Shown: positions 17,714-27,857, counted from the stretch's first letter. The stretch: 64,000 bases of DNA from Minisyncoccota bacterium (GCA_041389065.1 JAWKSM010000002.1:65556-129555), one strand, 5' to 3'. A program made the numbers and translations. The notes: generated by a model not told the origin, from the sequence alone.

Positions 17714-17746
17714 AAAAGGGGCGCCGGCGAATCCGGCGCCCCTTTT
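17714..17746 (-). terminator. rho-independent terminator
   Basis: GGGGCGCCGG-CGAAT-CCGGCGCCCC flanked by A and T runs, downstream of ftsI. Confidence 0.75.
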
Positions 17747-17750
17747 CTTT

Positions 17751-19472
17751 TTACCTATCTGGCGCTATTTCATAATAATTTATTAGAAAATGAGCAATAT
17801 TTATAAAAGGTTCAGTCAAAGTCTCTGAGGCAAACTGGGCGCCGACAGGAGCGGTGTTTGATATAAAAATTAAGAACTTTGGATCATACGCTGGGAAATA
17901 TCCAAAAAATGAGTGAAGATTTTTCCCTTCAATATATCCTCCACCTCTTGGGTTTGGTATTTGCGCCGTTCCAGTTTTTGCAGCAATAGAATGACCTTCC
18001 ATTTTATATTTTCCTCCGCCAAGTGTGTTGTCGACGCTAGAAACAAGCATTCTAGAAATTTTTTCCGAAGTTCCGTCTTTTAACAATCTTTTAGCATCTT
18101 CTTTTTTGTATTCAATATTTTTAACTTCTCCATTTACATATTCAAATCTTTTTACAACATGTGGTTCAATCAAATATCCGCCGTTTGCAATTGAAGAAAG
18201 AGCTCTGACCAAAACTATCGGACTAAAAGAAATTCCCTGACCAAAAGAAGCTGTAGCGTATTCAAGTTCTCTAGGAGATTCAAGGTTTGAAACTAAACCT
18301 TTTGCTTCATTTGGTAAATCAATCCCGGACTTTTCGCCAATTCCATAAGAAAGCATATAATCCCTAAAACGACTCTTACCAAGTTTTCGCATTGAAAAAA
18401 CCATACCGGTGTTTAGAGACTCTGAAAGAACTGTTTGCATGGTGATTTGTCCACGACCTTTTTTGTCATAGTTTTCAATTTTCTTGTCTTCAACTTGAAT
18501 AAAACCTGGATCATAAAAAGGTGTGTCGGCAGAAATAACATCGGCATCGAGAGCAGCAGCAATAACCAAAGGCTTCACAACAGAACCAAACTCAAAAACA
18601 TTTTCTACAAGCGGATTTGAATAATCAGAAACATCTTCGACACTACCAAAATTATTTAAATCAAAACTTGGCAAGTGAACCATTGAAATAATTTCTCCAT
18701 TTTGAGGATTTATGACAATTCCGTTTGCAGCTTCTGAACCAAATTTTTTCATTGTTCGGTAAAGTTCTTGTTCAACAAAATTTTGAACAACAGGTTCGAT
18801 TGTTGTAACAATATCAGCTTTTCCGCTAAGTTCTTTTTCTTCAGCGTTAGCAAAATTTGAAAAAAGCTCAGCAAAAATATTTATTTGAACGTCTTCTTCT
18901 CCGCGAGCCAAAGTGTCGTTGTAAAATCTTTCCAAACCATAGCGCCCTGTTATCTCATCGCCTTTGTAAGCCATGAACCCAAGAGTCTGTGCCGCCAAAG
19001 ATTCTCCAGGGTAAAATCGCCACTTGTGTCTTGGCATTTCAACTCCAACCAAATCAAGATCCATTATTTGATCTCTAACATCTTTTGGAATCTTTTTTGC
19101 AATTTCTTCGTAAGGATCATTTTCTTTTGAAGCTCTTTGCATGAAATCTTCTTTATCAATCGGGAAAATTTCATTTATTTTTTCATAGACATTTTCTTTG
19201 TCGACAATATCTCTTGGTCGTATTGCCAAAATATAGCTCGTCATAACTGTTGCCGCTGAAATCCTCGTACCGTCTTTTTTTTCAAAATAAATAACTCCAC
19301 GATCAAAAGAGTCAGCAGATTGAACATAGGCGCTATCACTTTTGTTTACATAAAATTCTCTATTGACATATTGAATATGAAAAAGTCGGACAATCAACAA
19401 AAGTCCGACAAGAATCACAAATGCGGATAGAACCCGTATTCTTATTAGAAACCCTTTTCTTACTGTATTCAT
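17751..19472 (-). CDS. ftsI: penicillin-binding protein, FtsI-type transpeptidase
   Basis: 573 aa with an N-terminal TM, a PBP dimerisation domain and transpeptidase motifs SVVKP, SLN and KTGT. It sits in the mraZ-rsmH-ftsL-ftsI order. Confidence 0.9.
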   Translation of the reverse strand: MNTVRKGFLIRIRVLSAFVILVGLLLIVRLFHIQYVNREFYVNKSDSAYVQSADSFDRGVIYFEKKDGTRISAATVMTSYILAIRPRDIVDKENVYEKINEIFPIDKEDFMQRASKENDPYEEIAKKIPKDVRDQIMDLDLVGVEMPRHKWRFYPGESLAAQTLGFMAYKGDEITGRYGLERFYNDTLARGEEDVQINIFAELFSNFANAEEKELSGKADIVTTIEPVVQNFVEQELYRTMKKFGSEAANGIVINPQNGEIISMVHLPSFDLNNFGSVEDVSDYSNPLVENVFEFGSVVKPLVIAAALDADVISADTPFYDPGFIQVEDKKIENYDKKGRGQITMQTVLSESLNTGMVFSMRKLGKSRFRDYMLSYGIGEKSGIDLPNEAKGLVSNLESPRELEYATASFGQGISFSPIVLVRALSSIANGGYLIEPHVVKRFEYVNGEVKNIEYKKEDAKRLLKDGTSEKISRMLVSSVDNTLGGGKYKMEGHSIAAKTGTAQIPNPRGGGYIEGKNLHSFFGYFPAYDPKFLIFISNTAPVGAQFASETLTEPFINIAHFLINYYEIAPDR

Positions 19473-19783
19473 TATCTAAGTAACGCTGTTTGTTTTCTAC
19501 TTACAAATTTTGGATCAGCATTATTAATAAAACCAAGTTCGTAAGCTTTTTGCAACGTAACTTCATTATTATAATCCAAAACCAAAAGTTCAAGCTCTGA
19601 AATTCGAGAAGATGCAAGACGGATTTCTTGTTCAACGTTTTTTCTGTCTACAAGATCAAAGATTGTTCTGCCCAAAAAGAACATATACAAACTAAAAGCT
19701 ATTCCAACAAGTAAAATTAAACTGAAGAAAAAGACTCTTCTGTGGTTTAATTTTCCTTTTACCATTTTTTGATTATTTTGCAT
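19472..19783 (-). CDS. ftsL: FtsL-like cell-division protein
   Basis: 103 aa, single TM plus coiled coil. Its position between rsmH and ftsI supports the call. Confidence 0.6.
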   Translation of the reverse strand: MQNNQKMVKGKLNHRRVFFFSLILLVGIAFSLYMFFLGRTIFDLVDRKNVEQEIRLASSRISELELLVLDYNNEVTLQKAYELGFINNADPKFVSRKQTALLR

Positions 19784-19793
19784 ATTCTTTGAA

Positions 19794-20690
19794 TTATAAT
19801 TTTTGTAATGTTCTAAGTTTTGCGCTTCTCGACCTTGGGTTTTCTTTCAATTCTTCTTCACTCGGGATTATTGGTTTTTTTGTTATTAGGATTGCCTCAC
19901 CTTCATCTTTCTTCTTTCTAAAAAAATTTTTAACTATTCTATCTTCCAAGCTATGAAATGAGATAACCGCCATCCTTCCATCTTTTTTGAGTGCCGTGAA
20001 TCCTTTTTCTAAGAATTCTTCAAGTGCGCCCAGCTCGTCGTTCACTGCAATCCGAAGCGCTTGGAAAGTTTTTGTTGCGGGATGAATTTTTCCACTTTTA
20101 TAAAAGAACGGAACCGCGCGCTCTACCACATCAACCAGGTCGACAGTTGTTGTGATTGGCATTTTGCTTCTTGAGCTGACAATCTCTCTGGCAATTCGTC
20201 TTGAAAATCTTTCGTTTCCGTATCCGTATAAAATATTTGCAATACTTTCTTCTGACCAACTATTCAAAATCATTTCCGCTGTAATATCTTTTTCTGTAAC
20301 ATCTTTTTTAAGTGTCATTAAAAGCGGTTCTTTTTTCTTGAAAGAAAGTCCTCGTCCAGAATCTTCAATCTGATAAGAACTAAAACCAAGATCAAGTAAA
20401 AATCCATCGACATAAGGAATATTTAATTTACCCAAAACTGTGTCGAATTCTCTGAAATTTGAAAGCTCGTATTTTACATCGCAATCAAGATTAAGATTTT
20501 CGATTCTTGTCTTTGAACGATTTAGAGCATCTTGGTCGACATCGAGACCGATAACTTTTACACCGTTACCAAATCTTTTACAAACTTCTTCTGTGTGACC
20601 ACCAGCGCCAAGAGTACAATCAACAACAACGCTTCCCTCTTTCAGGTTTAGAGCATCGACTGATTCATTTAAAAGAACTGTTTTGTGCAT
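19794..20690 (-). CDS. rsmH: 16S rRNA (cytosine1402-N4)-methyltransferase
   Basis: It contains HKTVLLNESVDAL...DCTLGAGGH...DLGFSSYQ...SFHSLEDR. The track ORF starts at GTG 20714. The ATG at 20690 avoids overlap with mraZ. Confidence 0.9.
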   Translation of the reverse strand: MHKTVLLNESVDALNLKEGSVVVDCTLGAGGHTEEVCKRFGNGVKVIGLDVDQDALNRSKTRIENLNLDCDVKYELSNFREFDTVLGKLNIPYVDGFLLDLGFSSYQIEDSGRGLSFKKKEPLLMTLKKDVTEKDITAEMILNSWSEESIANILYGYGNERFSRRIAREIVSSRSKMPITTTVDLVDVVERAVPFFYKSGKIHPATKTFQALRIAVNDELGALEEFLEKGFTALKKDGRMAVISFHSLEDRIVKNFFRKKKDEGEAILITKKPIIPSEEELKENPRSRSAKLRTLQKL

Positions 20691-20694
20691 AAGA

Positions 20695-21129
20695 CTAGAG
20701 CATTCCTGCGCCACCTAATTTTTCTGCTAATGAATCTGCTTGTTTCTCGACCAACTTTTTGTATGCTGACCATTTTGTGTCATTCCAAATTTCAACTCTG
20801 TTTTGAACTCCAACCAGTGCAACTTTTTCTGACAAACCTGCGCGTGTTTTTAAAAAATCAGGAAGCAAAAATCTGCCGATATTGTCGACATCAACTTCTG
20901 TGGCACCACCAAACATAAATCGGTTAAAACTTCTGTTGTCTGCTGCAAGCATTGAAAACTCAGAAAGTTTTTCAGAAATCTTAACCCATTCCTTTTTGGT
21001 AAATATAAAAAGACAATTATCCAAACCTGGAGTAACAACAAGGACTCTTCCCATTTCCTTTCGGAATTTTGCTGGAAGAGATACTCTGTTTTTGTTATCT
21101 ATTGTGTGAATATATTCGCCTATTAACAT
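20695..21129 (-). CDS. mraZ: transcriptional regulator MraZ
   Basis: 144 aa. It contains MLIGEYIHTIDNKNRVSLPAKFR and a second SpoVT/AbrB-like repeat DNIGRFLLPDFL. Confidence 0.9.
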   Translation of the reverse strand: MLIGEYIHTIDNKNRVSLPAKFRKEMGRVLVVTPGLDNCLFIFTKKEWVKISEKLSEFSMLAADNRSFNRFMFGGATEVDVDNIGRFLLPDFLKTRAGLSEKVALVGVQNRVEIWNDTKWSAYKKLVEKQADSLAEKLGGAGML

Positions 21130-21144
21130 ACATTTTTTAATTTA

Positions 21145-21210
21145 CCACTTTATCCCACCTAGTCACAATTATACACCACTTTGTCCCACTTACCAAAAAC
21201 CATTTCCCAC
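21145..21210 (-). promoter_or_regulatory. mraZ promoter with three MraZ-box direct repeats
   Basis: Minus-strand repeats are GTGGGATAAAGTGG (21145-21158), GTGGGACAAAGTGG (21176-21189) and GTGGGAAATGG (21200-21210). The promoter reads TTGGTA (21191-21196), N17, TATAAT (21168-21173). Confidence 0.6.
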
Positions 21211-21280
21211 TTAAACTGTGGAAAACGAAGGTGCTTTGACTATTTTTATAAATGTTATATTATATTAAAAAAGCACGAAG

Positions 21281-21472
21281 ATGATCCACACAATCATTAA
21301 TACGAAAACCGGAGAAGTGAAGGATTTCAAGGTCGATATGAGACTTGAACCTTCAGAAGGTAGAAGTAAACTGAACAAGGAGGTATCTACAGTGATGACC
21401 GGGTACTGCGAGAAGTTGGTACCCAAAAAAGACCCCTTAAAGGATCATGACGGCCCACGAGGACTTGGTTAG
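21281..21472 (+). CDS. small hypothetical protein (63 aa)
   Basis: Track ORF that is GC-richer than its surroundings. A terminator follows it. No family recognised. Confidence 0.35.
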   Translation: MIHTIINTKTGEVKDFKVDMRLEPSEGRSKLNKEVSTVMTGYCEKLVPKKDPLKDHDGPRGLG

Positions 21473-21488
21473 TCAATGACTGATCAAG

Positions 21489-21517
21489 AAAAGGCGCGCC
21501 CTCCGGGCGCGCCTTTC
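21489..21517. terminator. bidirectional terminator
   Basis: AAGGCGCGCCC-TCC-GGGCGCGCCTT between convergent genes. Confidence 0.75.
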
Positions 21518-21543
21518 TTTTATCTTTAAAAAGATATTAAATT

Positions 21544-23024
21544 CTATTCCTTACCCCTAGGTCGCATTATTGGAAAGAAAATTGTGTCTCTTAGATTTTT
21601 TTGTTCTGTAAATATGGCAACAAGTCTATCTATTCCCATTCCAAAACCAGTCATTGGCGGCATTCCATGTTCCATAGCAGTAAGAAACTCTTCGTTCACA
21701 CTCATTGCCTCTTCGTCTCCAGCCTCTTTTGCTTTCGCCTGAGATTCGAGAAGTCTTCTTTGCTCTACCGGATCGACAAGTTCTTGATACTGATTTGTAA
21801 TTTCTGCTCCGGCAATAATAAGCTGGCACATATTTGCTGTTCCATCACCATTTTGAGAAGCAAGAGGCTTCAAGTCTGTCGGATAATTCATAACAAAAGT
21901 TGGATGAATTATTTTATTTCTTGAAGATTTTTTGTAAACAAAATCAAGCAAATTTGCTTTTCCTGTTTTCAGAGATTCACTTTTTTCCATTCCAAAAGAA
22001 ATTGCCTTTTCGCGAATTTCATCTTCTGTTGCAGAAAACATATCAAGCGATGCATTTTCTTTTAGCAAATCAGCAAAATTTACTCTTTGCCAAGGTTTTT
22101 CAAAATCAACTTCTACTCCATTTCCGTCTTTATCAAAAACCGTAAAAGTATTTTTATTCATTACATCTCTTGCAATCCCACGAAGCAATTCTTCTGTCCA
22201 CATCATATTTTCTTCCAAAGAAACATATGCAGCGTACCATTCCATCATCGTAAATTCTTGAATGTGAGTTGGGTCAGAACCTTCGTTTCGGAAATTTTTA
22301 CCAATCTCATAAATTCGATTAAAGCCACCAGTCATCAACATTTTGTGTTCAATCTCAAGAGAAATTCGCAAGACCATATCCATGTCGTAATCGTTGTGGT
22401 GAGTGTTGAAAGTTTTTGCCATTGCACCACCAGCCTGCGTTTGAAGTACAGGGGTTTCAATTTCTAAGAATCCCTTTTGGTCAAAAAAGTTTCTAATATA
22501 TTTTATTATTTCACTTCTCTTTTTAAATCTTTCAAAAGTTTCTGGATCAGACAAAATATCCAAATATCTTTTTCTGTATTTTTCTTCTGTGTCTTGAAGT
22601 CCTGCCCATTTTTCTGGCAAAGGACTTATTGATTTTGTAAGAAGTCGCCAATCAGAAACCAAAATACTATTCGCTCCACGTTCAGTAACAAAAGCATCTC
22701 CAGAAACTTCGATAAAATCTCCAATATCTATATTGTCCACAAAAGTGAAAGTTTTCTTCGCCCAAAACATCTTTCTTTAAAACAACTAGATGGATAAGAA
22801 CCTGTTCCGTCATTTAAAGCAACAAACAAAATGGCGCCTTGTCCGCGAATAGCCATAATTCTTCCAACAACAGAAAAGTTGTTTTTTAGAGAATTAAAAT
22901 TATCTATTACTTGTTTTAAAGTGTAATCTCTTTTAGAAGATAAGCTGTACGCAGACATTCCGGCTTTTTCCAGATTTTCAATCTTTTGAAGGCGCACATT
23001 TTTAATTTCATCCAAACGAGTCAT
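21544..23024 (-). CDS. lysS: lysyl-tRNA synthetase (class II), frame broken twice as assembled
   Basis: The N-terminal OB-fold ORF contains VVGRIMAIRGQGAILFVALNDGTG. A short middle frame reads LVVLKKDVLGEENFHF. The catalytic ORF is 21544..22770, with IDIGDFIEVSGDAF...FLEIETPVLQ...NFRNEG. The three pieces lie in three successive frames. Confidence 0.85.
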
Positions 23025-23028
23025 GATT

Positions 23029-23490
23029 TTATTGTATATCAATTATCTTATATTCGATAGGTCCTGCAGGGCTTTTGAAAGTTACTGAGTCACCCTTCTT
23101 TGCTCCAAACAATGCTTCACCCAAAGGAGATTGGTAAGAGATTTTACCAAGAGCCATATCCGCCTCTCCGTCACCAACCAGCGTATATTCTTTTGTTTTT
23201 GTGTCGCCCTTTTTCTTTACAGAAACGCTACTTCCAATCCCAGCCGTGTCGCCTTTTTTCTTTGATACAATTTCTGCATCTTTTAATATTCTATTTATTT
23301 CATTTATTCGGTCTTCAAGCATTGCCTGAGCTTCACGGGCTTGTTGATACTCTGCATTTTCTGATAAATCGCCTAAAGATTTTGCATATTCTAAAGATTC
23401 AATTATTTCTTTTCTTTTTACGCTAGAAAGCTCCGCAAGCTCAGCTTTTAGTTCTTCTGATCTTTCTTTTGTTATATATTCTCTTGTCAT
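23029..23490 (-). CDS. greA: transcription elongation factor GreA
   Basis: 153 aa. It contains ITKERSEELKAELAEL...GDLSENAEYQQAREAQ and a C-terminal FKBP-like domain. Confidence 0.9.
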   Translation of the reverse strand: MTREYITKERSEELKAELAELSSVKRKEIIESLEYAKSLGDLSENAEYQQAREAQAMLEDRINEINRILKDAEIVSKKKGDTAGIGSSVSVKKKGDTKTKEYTLVGDGEADMALGKISYQSPLGEALFGAKKGDSVTFKSPAGPIEYKIIDIQ

Positions 23491-23537
23491 ATTGGCGTAA
23501 TTCTAAAGGTTTACGGCCTTTTAGTCAATGTTAACAA

Positions 23538-25226
23538 TTATTCGAAATATTCAGGAGCTTCTCTGTGTATAAAGTCAAGAACTTGCCTCATAACAAAAGA
23601 AGAACTGAGGTCGTTTTTAGAAGGACCTTTTTCCATCATCACAACAAAAGCATATTGCGGATTTTCATATGGGAAAAAGCCAAGCGACCAAGAATTAACA
23701 AATTTATTACCGGCACCTGTCTGAGCCGTACCTGTTTTTGCTGCAACGTTAATATAAGAAACATTTAGAAGTTGTCCAGTACCAGCTTTTACCACGTCTC
23801 TCATCCCCTCTTTTACAATTTTATAATTTTCTGAAGAAATATCTTTTGAAATTTTCTTTGGTTCACTAATACTTTCAAGAGAAAAACTTGGAGTAACAAA
23901 AACTCCCTCGTTTGCAATTGCAGATATTGATCTGATCATCTGGACCGGGGTAACCTGAAAACCGTATTGACCAATCGATGTGTTGTAAGTATCACCGAGC
24001 CGCCACGCGTCACCTTTGAAAACTCTTTTTTTCCAATCTGGGTTTGGTATAACTCCATCAACCTCGCCCTGCATATCAACTCCTGTTTTTTCACCCACAC
24101 CAAAGACATTCATGTATTCATCTATCTTTGAAATCCCCATACCTGTCTGACCTTTATATCCACCACCAATAGCGTAGAAAAATGTGTTAACAGAATCACC
24201 AATAGCTCTCACAACATTTACATAACCGTGCCCTTCTTCTCGCCAATCTCTAAATATTGTCGAAAGCTCTGGATTGTATGGATTTGGAATTTCTATCGAT
24301 CCTGTACTCAAAATTCTCGTATCTTTTGTGATTATGTTTTCATTTAGCGCACCAATAGCAACAAAAGGCTTCACAATAGAGCCAGGAGAATACAGACCAG
24401 AAATAGATCTATTTAAAAATGGTTTTCGAGGGTTTGTCAGATAACTTTGTATTGTCTCGCTTGGACCACCATCAGACATAATCTGCGGACTATATTCAGG
24501 ATAACTTGTAGAAACAATGATTTCTCCAGTACTAATATTCATCATCATTCCAGCACCACCTTCGTATCCAATTCTATCTGAAAGATCAACAATAGAATCG
24601 TACATGACTTTTTGTAAACGTGAATCAATAGAAATATTCAAATTTTGACCATGGACAGGATCGTTTACAATATTTTCTGATTCAATTTGCCCCAATGCAT
24701 TTTTCTCAACAAATTTACTTCCGTTTTCCCCGTTTAAATAATCGTCGTAATATTTCTCAAGTCCATCTTTTCCAATAAATTTTTCTTGCCACCAAAAACC
24801 GAATTTATCTTTTTTAGGAGTGTCGACGTATCCAAGTAAAATCCCAAAACCACCATCTTCAATATATGCACGCTTTCCAAAAGCTCCCTCTTCTTCTTTT
24901 TCTTCATTCCAAGCCAACTCAACACCATTTCTGTCATAAATAATTCCACGATCAGCAAAAATTATTTGACCATTTAGAGAATTTCTTTCACTGATTTTGT
25001 AGTACGCTTCACCTTTTTTAATTTGCAAAATATGAAGCTTAAATGAAAAAATTGTTATTATCAAAAAAAAGAAAGAAGAAAGAGCAACTAGAGATTTTTT
25101 TGAAATTGGTCTTTCTATCCGACCTTCGAATTGTTGGGTGTCAAAATCTGGCATGTTTTGACTATCCATGAATATTTCATCAAGAGCAATGTCATCTATA
25201 TTCTTTTTTCTTTTAAAGATTCTCAT
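23538..25226 (-). CDS. mrdA: penicillin-binding protein 2 (elongation-type transpeptidase)
   Basis: 562 aa with an N-terminal TM and motifs SIVKP, SIG/SxN and KTGTAQ. Confidence 0.85.
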   Translation of the reverse strand: MRIFKRKKNIDDIALDEIFMDSQNMPDFDTQQFEGRIERPISKKSLVALSSFFFLIITIFSFKLHILQIKKGEAYYKISERNSLNGQIIFADRGIIYDRNGVELAWNEEKEEEGAFGKRAYIEDGGFGILLGYVDTPKKDKFGFWWQEKFIGKDGLEKYYDDYLNGENGSKFVEKNALGQIESENIVNDPVHGQNLNISIDSRLQKVMYDSIVDLSDRIGYEGGAGMMMNISTGEIIVSTSYPEYSPQIMSDGGPSETIQSYLTNPRKPFLNRSISGLYSPGSIVKPFVAIGALNENIITKDTRILSTGSIEIPNPYNPELSTIFRDWREEGHGYVNVVRAIGDSVNTFFYAIGGGYKGQTGMGISKIDEYMNVFGVGEKTGVDMQGEVDGVIPNPDWKKRVFKGDAWRLGDTYNTSIGQYGFQVTPVQMIRSISAIANEGVFVTPSFSLESISEPKKISKDISSENYKIVKEGMRDVVKAGTGQLLNVSYINVAAKTGTAQTGAGNKFVNSWSLGFFPYENPQYAFVVMMEKGPSKNDLSSSFVMRQVLDFIHREAPEYFE

Positions 25227-25227
25227 A

Positions 25228-25491
25228 TTATTTATTGAAAGTTATAAATTTCTTTACCAAATTTGCAATTATGAAAACCACGACCGAACCAAGAAAAACA
25301 AAACCAATTCCGCCAAATGCTTCTTTTGATTCAAAACCGTATAAAACGTCGAACATAAACATGGCCAAAATTCCAAGATAAAAATTTTCAAAATAAAAAA
25401 CAGAAATAACAAACAAGGCTGCGGTCACCCAAAACGGCAAAAAAATAGAAGATGTTATTAGAATAATAAAAGCCAGAATTTTCTTAGACAT
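25228..25491 (-). CDS. small 3-TM membrane protein (possibly MreD-like)
   Basis: 87-aa hydrophobic ORF immediately upstream of PBP2. The MreD assignment rests on position only. Confidence 0.35.
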   Translation of the reverse strand: MSKKILAFIILITSSIFLPFWVTAALFVISVFYFENFYLGILAMFMFDVLYGFESKEAFGGIGFVFLGSVVVFIIANLVKKFITFNK

Positions 25492-25529
25492 ATTTAAATT
25501 ATAAGCGTTTTAAAGAAATCATCAAAATA

Positions 25530-25557
25530 TTGACTTTGCGGTGCGGGGTTGTATTAT
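25530..25557 (+). promoter_or_regulatory. sigma-70-type promoter of the sigma factor gene
   Basis: TTGACT (25530-25535), N16, TATTAT (25552-25557), about 33 nt upstream of the ATG at 25590. Confidence 0.45.
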
Positions 25558-25589
25558 TTGAAAGAAGCAAGCACCTAAACAACAAGATC

Positions 25590-26481
25590 ATGGGACGAAT
25601 GAAACCCTTAAGCATAGAGAAAACCTTTACAGACCGTAGAATTGATAGATATATAAGTGATATTAGAAAATATAAACTTGTAACAGTAGAAGAAGAAATT
25701 CTCCTGGCCCAGAAGATTAGAGAGTGGTGATGAATCTGCACTAAAGACCCTTGTGGAAGCAAATCTACTGTTTGTTATCTCAGTTGCAAAGAAATACCAG
25801 GGCCTTGGAATAGATTTGCCAGATCTTATAAACGCTGGAAACCTTGGATTAGTTAAGGCGGCTAGTCGTTTTGATGAAACAAGAGGCTTTAAGTTTATCA
25901 GCTATGCAGTCTGGTGGATAAGGCAAAGTATTCTGGATTCTATGTTCAATGAATCTAGAATTGTAAGAATCCCGCAAAACAGACTTAATCTAATAAATAA
26001 AACCATTAAAGCGATATCAGAACTCGAGCAAGAAAAAGAACGCGAACCAACAGATGAAGAGATCGCAGAAGTTCTTGATCTCGAGAAAGAGAAAGTAAAA
26101 GGTCTAATTTATGACGACGTGGGTCGAAAGCACTTGAGTACGGACTTTCCAGCAACAATAGATGGACGTGAGACAGGCACAACGTTTGGTGACACGATTG
26201 AAAGCACCGACCCGAGTCATGACCCACTGTATGTTGTAACTGACTCAGAAAAGAAAGCAAATGTCTTGAAAATGCTCCAAGATGTTTGCACTGAAGACGA
26301 GCAAATGGTTGTGAAATTATCATTTGGCATAGACACCGACGATGACCAACCGCTTTCGTGCCCTGAAATAGCCAAAAGGCTTGGAATTAAGACCAGCAGA
26401 GCAAGACTACTCAAAGAGCTAGCCTTCCGAAAACTTCGTTCCCCAAGAAAACAACGAAAGTGGGGGCGCCTAGTTTCGTGA
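25590..26481 (+). CDS. RNA polymerase sigma-70 family factor, one frameshift as assembled
   Basis: The upstream piece is MGRMKPLSIEKTF...ILLAQKIRE. The downstream piece, after shifting +1 at about 25725, is GDESALKTLVEANLLFVISVAKKYQG...GFKFISYAVWWIRQSI. Regions 2-4 are present. Confidence 0.85.
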
Positions 26482-26497
26482 TGAACCATACGACAGA

Positions 26498-26520
26498 GGG
26501 TCGGCGCGGAGCGCCGACCC
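26498..26520 (+). terminator. rho-independent terminator
   Basis: GGGTCGGCGC-GGA-GCGCCGACCC followed by TTCTTTTTTG. Confidence 0.75.
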
Positions 26521-26544
26521 TTCTTTTTTGTCACCCAAAATAAA

Positions 26545-27318
26545 TTAATCCTCTTCGTGTTTTTTTCTAAATATTCTTCTTAAGATTCTCCACAAAATTC
26601 TAAGAGCCATATAAAGTAAAATTACTGCGGTTATATAGAAAATTATTGATACAGAAAAAATATATTTAACAACAACCAAAAAATAAAAGTGAACAAAATT
26701 TATAATTTTTACAAATGTTTTTTCATCTTTATTTTCTTTTCTTTTTTTATCAACTGCAGATTTTGATTTTTCAATTTTTTCTAAAGTCTTTTCTCTAAAT
26801 TCTTCACTTTTTTTGAAATTCAATTTAAACCAAGAATCTGCTTTTTCGGTAAAACTTCCCTCGCCTTCAAAAACACTTGAAAATTTTCCAATTAGAGCCT
26901 TTTTGACAACATTTCCCGGAACTTCTTTTGTAACAGAAAAGGTTACAGTTTCTGTTTTATCTCTATTTAAAATAATTTGCTTTCCATCAACAGAAGAATA
27001 GGAAATCTGCGCATAAATCTCATGAGAACCAGAAGATGCCTTCCAATCAGCCGAAACTGTTTTTGTTTCGTTTGGGCTTAGAGAAATTTCTTTGGTTGAA
27101 AGAACGGTTGTTGTATCAATAAAATCAACCTTCAAAGTAAGACGAGAATCTTCTCCGTTAAAAACAGCGGTATGAATTTTTACATTTTCCCCTAAAGATA
27201 TTGACTCATCAGAAAACCAAACACTCCCATCAACAAAACCCGTCCGAGAAGAAATTTCTTGGGCAAACAAAAATACAGGGAAAAATAAAGCTAAGAGTAT
27301 TCCAAAACGAAACTTCAT
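26545..27318 (-). CDS. secreted/membrane hypothetical protein
   Basis: 257 aa with the signal peptide MKFRFGILLALFFPVFLFAQE and a C-terminal TM pair. No family recognised. Confidence 0.5.
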   Translation of the reverse strand: MKFRFGILLALFFPVFLFAQEISSRTGFVDGSVWFSDESISLGENVKIHTAVFNGEDSRLTLKVDFIDTTTVLSTKEISLSPNETKTVSADWKASSGSHEIYAQISYSSVDGKQIILNRDKTETVTFSVTKEVPGNVVKKALIGKFSSVFEGEGSFTEKADSWFKLNFKKSEEFREKTLEKIEKSKSAVDKKRKENKDEKTFVKIINFVHFYFLVVVKYIFSVSIIFYITAVILLYMALRILWRILRRIFRKKHEED

Positions 27319-27323
27319 ATAGA

Positions 27324-27791
27324 TTACTTCAATGGATCTTCGTTTGAGATATAGTTATCGACGTCCATTGTGAAATTCTTTTTCACACCATTTACATCAA
27401 CAGTATATTCTCCAGCTGAAATACCAACAACATCTTTAAGAGCAATTGTTTTTTCAAATGGAACAAGAGCTTGTGTACACATTACGTCTACGTCTTTTAA
27501 TTTTCTTGTTTCAAGAGTTACGTTGAAAGTTTTTGCAACAAGAGCTTGCTTAACGTCGCCGAGCTCTGTACATCCATCTGGCAGATTACCTTTAACCATA
27601 ACATCAACCTGAACCGGGAAAGATTCTTTCAAAACAATGTCGACACTATCTACTTGTGCCATACCAATTTCATATTGATTCTCTTCTCCTTTGTTTTTAT
27701 TTTTTCGTAAAAGCACAAAACCAATCAAAATGATTGCAAGTGCTAAGATTATAAAAAAGAATTTTTTTACTTGTGATGTGTTGTTGTCCAT
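27324..27791 (-). CDS. membrane-anchored hypothetical protein
   Basis: 155 aa with an N-terminal TM (FFFIILALAIILIGFVLL) and a small extracytoplasmic domain. Confidence 0.5.
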   Translation of the reverse strand: MDNNTSQVKKFFFIILALAIILIGFVLLRKNKNKGEENQYEIGMAQVDSVDIVLKESFPVQVDVMVKGNLPDGCTELGDVKQALVAKTFNVTLETRKLKDVDVMCTQALVPFEKTIALKDVVGISAGEYTVDVNGVKKNFTMDVDNYISNEDPLK

Positions 27792-27857
27792 AAAATTTAT
27801 TAGTTTAAGGATAATAAGATAATTATATCATTTTTAAAAATATAGTATAATCAGGGT

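Noticed and set aside
25499-25762. 87-aa minus-strand ORF overlapping the sigma-factor 5' region
   Set aside because: It is antisense to the conserved sigma N-terminus and its promoter, and it has no supporting features.
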